DNA of 64,000 nucleotides from assembly GCA_003560665.1 (NCBI GenBank), contig PWKK01000023.1:110417-174416 (forward strand), in the 5' to 3' direction. The DNA is from Candidatus Nealsonbacteria bacterium (GTDB lineage Bacteria; Patescibacteriota; Minisyncoccia; Minisyncoccales; PWPS01). Below the pieces are notes generated by a model. It made no database searches and had not been told where the DNA came from. It saw nothing but the letters and a program-made list of their open reading frames with translations. The position numbers and the translations under genes are program-made. Below are positions 57,425-64,000 of the stretch, one piece after another. How positions within the stretch are numbered: the first letter of the stretch is position 1; each line of letters opens with the position of its first letter.

Positions 57425-58297
57425 ATGATTATCGGCCACAAAGCGCAACAGAAAAAATTACGATTGTTGTTTGAGAAACGACAAATCCCTCATGCGATGC
57501 TGTTTTCCGGCCCCGGAAATGTAGGCAAAAGAACTATTGCCCTTTCTTTTTTAAAAATGATTAACTGTGAAGAGAAGAGAGTGTCGTGTAGTGGTTGTCG
57601 GAGTTGCTATGAAATAGACGAGAAGATCCATCCTGATATACTGGAAGTTTATCCGGAGAACAAGGAGATACACGTTAAGCAAATAGAAAAAGCAATTGAA
57701 AAAACTTCCTATAAAGGAATAAAAGCGAGACATAAGGGGGTTGTTATTGATCAGGCTCATCTTATGAACACGCAAGCGCAAAACGCTCTTTTAAAAACAC
57801 TAGAAGAACCATCAAAGGAAACGGTAATAATTCTTGTAAGCGAGTATCCTTACGTTCTTCTTCCCACCATTCTCTCAAGAGTTTTTAGAATTAAATTTCT
57901 TCTTGTGCCCTCTCGGGAGATAGAAAATGGTATCAAAGATGTAAGTATTGCGAAGATGTCGTTTGGAAGACCGGGAAAGGCGATAGAATACCTTCAAACA
58001 CCTGAAAAAAAGAAAAATGCGGAGAAAGAAGAAAAAGAATTGAGAGCGATGCTAAAAAAAGAAATTTCTTTTCGTTTTTCGTTAATTAAAAAAGTTACCG
58101 AAGAAGAAAGAGAAGAAGAGTTTTTAAACTGTTGGTTAAAAGTAATGCAAGAAGAAATGCTTGAGAAATTAAGAAAGAAAAAGGAAACAGGTGCTCTTCG
58201 TTTAGCGCTCAAGGAGGTAGAAGAGGCAATCTTTCTTTACTCAAAAACAAACACAAACACCCGCCTTTTATTAGAAAAAATTGCAATAAAAATATAA
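57425..58297 (+). CDS. holB: DNA polymerase III delta-prime subunit.
   Basis: HAMLFSGPGNVGKRT and the zinc module CSGCRSC. Confidence 0.8.
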   Translation: MIIGHKAQQKKLRLLFEKRQIPHAMLFSGPGNVGKRTIALSFLKMINCEEKRVSCSGCRSCYEIDEKIHPDILEVYPENKEIHVKQIEKAIEKTSYKGIKARHKGVVIDQAHLMNTQAQNALLKTLEEPSKETVIILVSEYPYVLLPTILSRVFRIKFLLVPSREIENGIKDVSIAKMSFGRPGKAIEYLQTPEKKKNAEKEEKELRAMLKKEISFRFSLIKKVTEEEREEEFLNCWLKVMQEEMLEKLRKKKETGALRLALKEVEEAIFLYSKTNTNTRLLLEKIAIKI

Positions 58298-58308
58298 GTA
58301 AAAAATAT

Positions 58309-58869
58309 ATGTCTGAATATAAAAAAATAGTGGAAAGAGTTAAGCCGGAAATGGAAAAAACAATCAAGCATCTCGGAGAAGAGTTGAAAAAAATAAGGGC
58401 CGACAGGGCAACACCTTCTCTGGTGGAAGATATTGTTATAGATTGTTTTGATCAAAGGTTGCCACTAAAACAGTTGGCCGCTATCTCCTGCCCGGAACAA
58501 AGACAAATACTTATCCAACCGTGGGACAAGAACTATACTAAAGATATTATTGCCGCCCTTCAGAAAGCGGAAGCGGAACTTAGCCCGATGGTAGAAGGGA
58601 ATTCTATTCGTATTATTCTTCCTCCGCTTACCGAAGATTACAGAGAAAAACTTTTAAAAATTCTTTCGGTCAAAAAGGAAGATGCAAGAGTTAGTTTGAA
58701 GCGAGCGAGAGAAGATGCGTGGAAAGAAATTCAAGGAAAAGTACATTCGGGAGAGGTGACAGAGGATGAAAAGTTTAGAGCGAAAGAAGAGTTACAAAAA
58801 CTTATTGACGAATACAATAAAAAAGTTGATGAAATTATTGAGAAAAGAGAAGAAGAAATAAAAACATAA
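58309..58869 (+). CDS. frr: Ribosome recycling factor.
   Basis: Family pattern. 186 aa. Confidence 0.9.
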   Translation: MSEYKKIVERVKPEMEKTIKHLGEELKKIRADRATPSLVEDIVIDCFDQRLPLKQLAAISCPEQRQILIQPWDKNYTKDIIAALQKAEAELSPMVEGNSIRIILPPLTEDYREKLLKILSVKKEDARVSLKRAREDAWKEIQGKVHSGEVTEDEKFRAKEELQKLIDEYNKKVDEIIEKREEEIKT

Positions 58870-58871
58870 TT

Positions 58872-59942
58872 ATGTCCCCTATTTTAATCATTATATTAAG
58901 CCTAGTTACCCTTATCTTTCTCCATGAACTTGGTCATTTTTTGCTTGCTAAAAAATACGGCGTTAGAGTAGAAGAGTTTGGAATAGGGATTCCACCCCGT
59001 CTTTTTGGAAAAAAGATAGGTGAGACGATTTATTCTTTAAACTGGATTCCTTTGGGAGGATTTGTTAAGCTTTACGGAGAAGACAGAAAGGTTAGTGATG
59101 AGAGAAGTTTTTCTTCGAAACCTCTTTATCAGAGAGCGCTTATTGTTTTTGGGGGTGTAGCGGCTTTTTTTGTTATCGCTTTCTTTATTTTTTCGATCCA
59201 ATCGGTAGTGGGTATCAGAACGGTTGCAGGGGGAGAAAGCAGTATGGCAGAAGTAGTCGGTGAACCGGAGATTGTTATTACAGGAGTAGTCGATGAGTCA
59301 CCAGCAAAAGAAGCGGGAATACAGGGAGGGGATATTCTTCTTGGAATAGATGAAAAAAAAATAGAAACGATGGAAGATGCGAGAGTCATTTTGGAAGGAA
59401 AGAAAGGAAAAGAAACAGAAATTGTGGTTCAGCGAGGAGGCGAAGAAGTTTCCTTTTCTCTGGTACCAAGAGAAGAGTATGCGGAAGGAGAGGGGGCGGC
59501 GGGAATTGCCATGGCGACAACGGTTATTGAAAAATATCCACTCTATTATGCACCGGTTAAAGGAGCTTCAATGACGGGAGGAATGACACTGATAGTTTTG
59601 CGTGGTTTTGGGATGCTTTTTTCCTCTCTCCTTACCGGAGCATCGCTTCCTCCGGGGATGGAGATCGGAGGTCCTGTCGCTATTGTTGGTATTGGTGCAG
59701 GAGCCTTTACGAGAGGTCTTTCTGATTTTCTTCAATTCCTGGGAGCGATAACCATCTCCTTGGCTGTATTGAATATTATGCCCATCCCGGCTCTCGATGG
59801 AGGAAGGTTGGTTTTTTTGGCAATCGAGAAGATGAAAGGAAATCCTATTTCCGAGAAACTGGAATACGGGCTAAATGCGGTATTCTTTTTCTTGCTTATA
59901 GGACTGATGATTTTTATAACATTTAGAGATTTAGGATTTTAA
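58872..59942 (+). CDS. rseP: RseP-type site-2 protease (M50 with a PDZ domain).
   Basis: HELGH zincin motif, a PDZ region, and a C-terminal LDG motif (ALDGGRL). Confidence 0.9.
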   Translation: MSPILIIILSLVTLIFLHELGHFLLAKKYGVRVEEFGIGIPPRLFGKKIGETIYSLNWIPLGGFVKLYGEDRKVSDERSFSSKPLYQRALIVFGGVAAFFVIAFFIFSIQSVVGIRTVAGGESSMAEVVGEPEIVITGVVDESPAKEAGIQGGDILLGIDEKKIETMEDARVILEGKKGKETEIVVQRGGEEVSFSLVPREEYAEGEGAAGIAMATTVIEKYPLYYAPVKGASMTGGMTLIVLRGFGMLFSSLLTGASLPPGMEIGGPVAIVGIGAGAFTRGLSDFLQFLGAITISLAVLNIMPIPALDGGRLVFLAIEKMKGNPISEKLEYGLNAVFFFLLIGLMIFITFRDLGF

Positions 59943-59963
59943 ACAAATTTTTAAAAGAAAAAA

Positions 59964-61433
59964 ATGAATAACAAACAAGAAAAAAAGACAACTGTTGAAG
60001 ATGCAAAAATAAAAATCAAAAAACGATCTGAAAATTTCTCTCAGTGGTATTTGGATGTTATCGCCGCCGGAAAGTTAGCGGACTACTCTCCCGTAAGAGG
60101 GTGCATGGTTATTATGCCGAACGGTTACTCTGTCTGGGAGAATATTCAAAGAGTTCTAGACAAGATGTTCAAGGATACGGGGCATAAAAACGCCTACTTT
60201 CCGATTTTTATACCGGAAAGTTTTTTGAAAAAAGAAGCGGAACATGTTAAGGGCTTTTCTCCTGAGCTGGCGGTTGTAAATTATGCCGGAGGAAAAAAGC
60301 TCGAAGAAAAGTTGGTTGTGAGACCAACATCAGAGACCATTATCTATGATAGTTATGCAAAATGGATACAATCATGGAGAGATTTGCCTGTTTTGATAAA
60401 TCAGTGGGGTAATGTTGTTCGTTGGGAAATGAAAACAAAGCCGTTTCTTCGGACTACCGAATTTTTATGGCAAGAGGGACATACAGCACACGCCACCTAC
60501 GAAGAAGCAGAAAAGGAAGCCCTTCAAATGCTTAACGTTTACCAAAAATTCGTAGAAGAATATCTTGCTCTTTCCGTTGTAATAGGAAGGAAATCGGAAA
60601 GCGAAAAGTTTGCCGGTGCACTGGATACATACACCTTAGAGTCTTTAATGCAAGACAAAAAGGCTCTTCAGTGTGGGACATCTCACAACTTGGGACAGAA
60701 TTTTGCAAAAGCCTTTGATATCAGTTTTCTTGATCAAGAAGGAAACGAGGAGTATGTGTGGCAGACTTCGTGGGGAGTTAGCACGCGCCTTATAGGAGCC
60801 CTTATTATGACTCACGGTGATGACAAAGGAGTAGTTATGCCTCCTCGTATTTCACCTCTTCATTTAGTATTTGTTCCCATTTGGAAAAATAAAGAGGAAA
60901 AGAAAAAAAACACAAAAGAAGCTCAAAGGCTTGCCGAGTCACTACCCGAAGAAGTAAGGTCTCATATCGATGATCGTGACATCAGGCCCGGATGGCGATA
61001 TTATGAGTGGGAGCGTAGAGGAACACCACTCAGAATCGAGATCGGTCCCAACGATGTTGAGAAAAACCAGTCGGTTTTGGTAAGAAGAGATACTGGTGAG
61101 AAGATAACTGTACCAAATAAAGATTTTTCGCGAAAAGTTGTTCAAATGCTTGAGATTATTCAAAAAAACCTCTTTGAGCGTGCAAAGAAAATGCAAGAAG
61201 AAAATACGCACACTGTTGAAACATGGGAGGATTTTTGCGAATTAATTCGAACAAAAGGAGGTTTTATTAAAGCACCTTGGTGCGGACTTGATGATTGTGA
61301 GGCCAAGATTAAAGAGGAAACCAAAGCGACGATTCGTTGTATTCCTTTTGATGAAAGTAGCGCAAAAAAGAGTTGTTGTATATACTGTGGGAAACAAGCA
61401 CGGGATGTAGCGCTTTTTGCCCAGGCTTATTAG
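59964..61433 (+). CDS. proS: Prolyl-tRNA synthetase, archaeal/eukaryotic-type (C-terminal zinc-binding domain, terminal Tyr).
   Basis: Class II aaRS motifs. C-terminal CGLDDCE...CIYCGKQA...AQAY. Confidence 0.85.
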   Translation: MNNKQEKKTTVEDAKIKIKKRSENFSQWYLDVIAAGKLADYSPVRGCMVIMPNGYSVWENIQRVLDKMFKDTGHKNAYFPIFIPESFLKKEAEHVKGFSPELAVVNYAGGKKLEEKLVVRPTSETIIYDSYAKWIQSWRDLPVLINQWGNVVRWEMKTKPFLRTTEFLWQEGHTAHATYEEAEKEALQMLNVYQKFVEEYLALSVVIGRKSESEKFAGALDTYTLESLMQDKKALQCGTSHNLGQNFAKAFDISFLDQEGNEEYVWQTSWGVSTRLIGALIMTHGDDKGVVMPPRISPLHLVFVPIWKNKEEKKKNTKEAQRLAESLPEEVRSHIDDRDIRPGWRYYEWERRGTPLRIEIGPNDVEKNQSVLVRRDTGEKITVPNKDFSRKVVQMLEIIQKNLFERAKKMQEENTHTVETWEDFCELIRTKGGFIKAPWCGLDDCEAKIKEETKATIRCIPFDESSAKKSCCIYCGKQARDVALFAQAY

Positions 61434-61452
61434 TTTGTTAAAGTCATAAAAT

Positions 61453-62505
61453 ATGTTTAAGAAATTGTGGAGCAAGCTTTCTTTAGATATCGGTATCGAT
61501 TTGGGAACTGCCAACTGCTTGGTGTATGTAAGAGGAAAAGGCATTACGATGTCTGAACCATCAGTTGTCGCTGTTAACAATAAAACAGGACAGATTTTGG
61601 CAATTGGAGAAGAGGCGCGAAAGATGGTTGGTAAAACTCCGGGACACATCGTGGCAACGAGACCCCTTGTTGCCGGAGTGGTGTCTGATTTTGATGTAAC
61701 CGAGCAGATGATCCGCTATTTCATTGAAAAAGCATATGAAGCGGGATTTCCTATTCATGCCCGTCCACGAGTAGTAATCGGAATTCCTTGCGGAGTTACC
61801 GAAGTAGAGAGAAGAGCGGTTGAGGATGCCGGAAAAAACGCCGGAGCAGGACAAATTTATCTTATCGAAGAGCCAATGGCGGCAGCGATTGGTGTTCGTT
61901 TGCCGATTCAAGATCCGGGCGGTAATTTTGTTATTGATATCGGGGGAGGAACAACGGAAGTAGCGGTTATTTCCCTTGGAGGGATAGTAATTTCCAAGAG
62001 CTTGCGTGTTGCCGGAGATAAGCTTAATGAAGACATTATTAACTTTGCCGAAAGAGAGTATAAGCTTCTTATAGGAGAAAGGACCGCGGAGGACGTAAAG
62101 ATAAGAATTGGTTCTGCCAGCCCGTTAGAGGAAAAAAAGGAGTCTTCTATTAAGGGAAGAAACTTGGTTACTGGACTCCCGGAAGAGGTTTTTGTTACTG
62201 ATACCGATATCCGTAAAGCAATGGAAAAATCAATCAAGGAAATTGTAAAGACGATTAAGGACACGGTAGAAGAAACTCCACCGGAACTTTTAGCGGATAT
62301 TATGTCAAAAGGAATATATCTTTTGGGAGGAGGGGGCCTTCTGAAGGGACTTGATAGATTAATTGAAGAAGAGGTTAAAATAAAAACACAAATAGGTGAT
62401 GATCCTTTAACCGCTGTTGTGCGTGGTGCCGGATATGCGTTAGAACACATTGATAAATACACAGAAGTATTCTTGGAAACAAAGGAGATTGACCCGCCGA
62501 ATTAA
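61453..62505 (+). CDS. Second MreB/Mbl-like actin homolog.
   Basis: IGIDLGTANCLVY, DIGGGTTEVAVIS. Confidence 0.85.
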   Translation: MFKKLWSKLSLDIGIDLGTANCLVYVRGKGITMSEPSVVAVNNKTGQILAIGEEARKMVGKTPGHIVATRPLVAGVVSDFDVTEQMIRYFIEKAYEAGFPIHARPRVVIGIPCGVTEVERRAVEDAGKNAGAGQIYLIEEPMAAAIGVRLPIQDPGGNFVIDIGGGTTEVAVISLGGIVISKSLRVAGDKLNEDIINFAEREYKLLIGERTAEDVKIRIGSASPLEEKKESSIKGRNLVTGLPEEVFVTDTDIRKAMEKSIKEIVKTIKDTVEETPPELLADIMSKGIYLLGGGGLLKGLDRLIEEEVKIKTQIGDDPLTAVVRGAGYALEHIDKYTEVFLETKEIDPPN

Positions 62506-62543
62506 TAAATCTAGGGAATGATTAATTTGCTTTATTTTTCAAT

Positions 62544-62825
62544 ATGCATAAAAAAGAAATAGAAAGGTTGGCTTTTTTTGCCCGCATAAAACTAGACCGG
62601 GAAGAGCTGAATAATGCTCCCCAAGAGATACAATCTATTCTGCATTATATCCAAAAGCTTAGTGATGTCGATACCGAGGGAGTAGACCCTCTTTTTCACT
62701 TTCCGGAGTTGGAAAATATAACCCGAGAAGATACTGCGGAAACGGTAGACAGGGAAACGCAAAAAAGAATGATGGGGATGGGAAAAGACAAAGATGATTA
62801 CTTAAGAGTGGAGTCGATATTATGA
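62544..62825 (+). CDS. gatC: Glutamyl-tRNA(Gln)/Asp-tRNA(Asn) amidotransferase subunit C.
   Basis: Family pattern (DTEGVDPL...RED). The stop overlaps the gatA start. Confidence 0.8.
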   Translation: MHKKEIERLAFFARIKLDREELNNAPQEIQSILHYIQKLSDVDTEGVDPLFHFPELENITREDTAETVDRETQKRMMGMGKDKDDYLRVESIL

Positions 62826-64000
62826 CGATTAAAGAAACACAAGAAAAATTAAAAAGAAAAGAGATATCTCACCGAGAAATGGTATCTTCCTTTCTTTCAC
62901 GAATAAAAGAAAGAAACGAAAAGACCAACTCTCTTCTCTCGGTTTTTGAAGATGTAATAGACAAGGAGAGTAGCGTGAAAGAAGATCTTCCCCTTTACGG
63001 AGCTGTTTTTGTAGTTAAGGATAATATCTTGATAAAAGATGAGAGATGTACTTCCGGATCAAAGATACTTGAGCATTATGTTGCTCCTTTTGATGCCACT
63101 GTTATCGAAAAGATAAAAGAAGGAGGGGGTGTTTTTGTCGGAAAAGGAAATATGGATGAGTTTGCAATGGGTTCTTCTACTGAAAACTCTGCATTTGGAC
63201 CTGCTAGAAACCCCCTTGATCTAGAAAGAGTTCCTGGAGGATCTTCGGGGGGGCCTGCAGCGGCTGTTTCTGACGGGATGTGCAATGTGGCACTGGGGTC
63301 TGATACAGGAGGATCGATCAGGCAACCCTCCGCCTTTTGTGGAGTGGTTGGGTTTAAACCGACCTATGGTACGGTTTCCAGAAGCGGGGTTATCGCGATG
63401 GCTTCTTCTTTTGATCAAGTCGGGCCTATTGCAAAAAATGTAGAAGACGCAGAGCTTGTTTTTAAAGTGATTCATGGAAAAGATGTGCTCGATTCGGTTA
63501 CCAGTGATCTTGTATCAAAAGTGGTGAAGAAGAAAATCAGAGTGGGTGTTCCGAAAGAATATTTTGTCGAGGGAATAAGCAAGGACATAAAGGAAACGAT
63601 AGAGGGTGCAATTTCTAAAGTTGATGCTTCGGAGTTTGAAGTGGTAGAGATAAGTTTGCCTCACACAGAGTATGCACTCCCCGCATACGAGATAATTATG
63701 GCATCAGAAGTTTCGGCGAATATGGCACGTTATGACGGAATACGCTACGGATTGGAATTTGGGCGACCGGCTGCGAAAAGTATTCAGGACGCTTATCTTA
63801 AAAACAGAGGGGAAGGATTTGGAAAAGAAGTAAAGAGAAGAGTAATTTTAGGAACATATGCCCTTTCTGCGGGGTATTATGATGCCTACTACGTTAAAGC
63901 ACAAAAAATAAGGGCGCTTATTGCCGAGGACTTTAAAAAAGCTTTTGCGAAAGTGGATGTGATTCTTACTCCCACGACTCCGACTCTTCCCTTTAAAATA
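62822..64000 (+). CDS. gatA: Amidotransferase subunit A (amidase family). The 3' end is truncated by the window edge.
   Basis: Amidase signature GGSSGGPAAAV...GSDTGGSIRQP. Absent from the ORF track because it runs off the end. Confidence 0.9.
   Translation, partial: MTIKETQEKLKRKEISHREMVSSFLSRIKERNEKTNSLLSVFEDVIDKESSVKEDLPLYGAVFVVKDNILIKDERCTSGSKILEHYVAPFDATVIEKIKEGGGVFVGKGNMDEFAMGSSTENSAFGPARNPLDLERVPGGSSGGPAAAVSDGMCNVALGSDTGGSIRQPSAFCGVVGFKPTYGTVSRSGVIAMASSFDQVGPIAKNVEDAELVFKVIHGKDVLDSVTSDLVSKVVKKKIRVGVPKEYFVEGISKDIKETIEGAISKVDASEFEVVEISLPHTEYALPAYEIIMASEVSANMARYDGIRYGLEFGRPAAKSIQDAYLKNRGEGFGKEVKRRVILGTYALSAGYYDAYYVKAQKIRALIAEDFKKAFAKVDVILTPTTPTLPFKI

Noticed and set aside
1-64000. CRISPR arrays, IS elements, integrases and phage genes.
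   Set aside because: No regularly spaced direct repeats were seen. No transposase- or integrase-like ORFs were found. The intergenic spaces are all under 400 bp.

Overview
This 64 kb window looks like a low-GC, gene-dense segment of a reduced Candidate Phyla Radiation (Patescibacteria-like) genome. Almost all genes are on the + strand. The supporting traits are: lysine/glutamate-rich low-complexity protein extensions, no rpmD (L30) between rpsE and rplO, C-terminal extensions on L22/L15/L24, an archaeal-type ProRS, a minimal AlaRS, and type IV pilus genes.

Content in order:
1. A giant PilM-PilN fusion protein with C-terminal SH3b repeats, followed by three tandem type IV pilin paralogs.
2. 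tatD, leuS, 2-oxoacid:ferredoxin oxidoreductase korAB, a sugar-1-P nucleotidyltransferase plus GlcNAc-kinase-like pair, glyA-folD, and a PAP2 phosphatase.
3. A small accessory island: a promoter with attenuator-like leader, two small K/E-rich hypothetical proteins, and on the minus strand a radical-SAM gene fused 3 nt upstream of tRNA-Leu(CAA).
4. An Fe-S and tRNA-thiolation cluster: Rrf2 (IscR-like)-iscS-iscU-mnmA, a small membrane protein, DUF1858, thiI.
5. A nucleotide-salvage-looking group: a membrane-anchored ComEC-type MBL nuclease domain, a LOG-family protein, and an atypical extended adenylate-kinase paralog.
6. A candidate ~160-nt structured sRNA with its own promoter and terminator.
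7. A minus-strand mini-operon rpmB-tRNA-Pro-corC.
8. The str operon (rpsL-rpsG-fusA-tuf), then the S10-spc-alpha ribosomal superoperon. The superoperon is interrupted between map and infA by galT-tpiA-alaS and an acidic hypothetical protein. It also contains two tandem adk paralogs after secY.
9. murA, mreB, holB, frr, rseP, proS, a second mreB paralog, and gatC-gatA (gatA runs off the window end).

No CRISPR array, mobile element or rRNA was seen. No classical defence system is recognisable. The most unusual material is the pilus-module architecture, the RNA regulatory candidates, and the radical-SAM/tRNA fusion arrangement.
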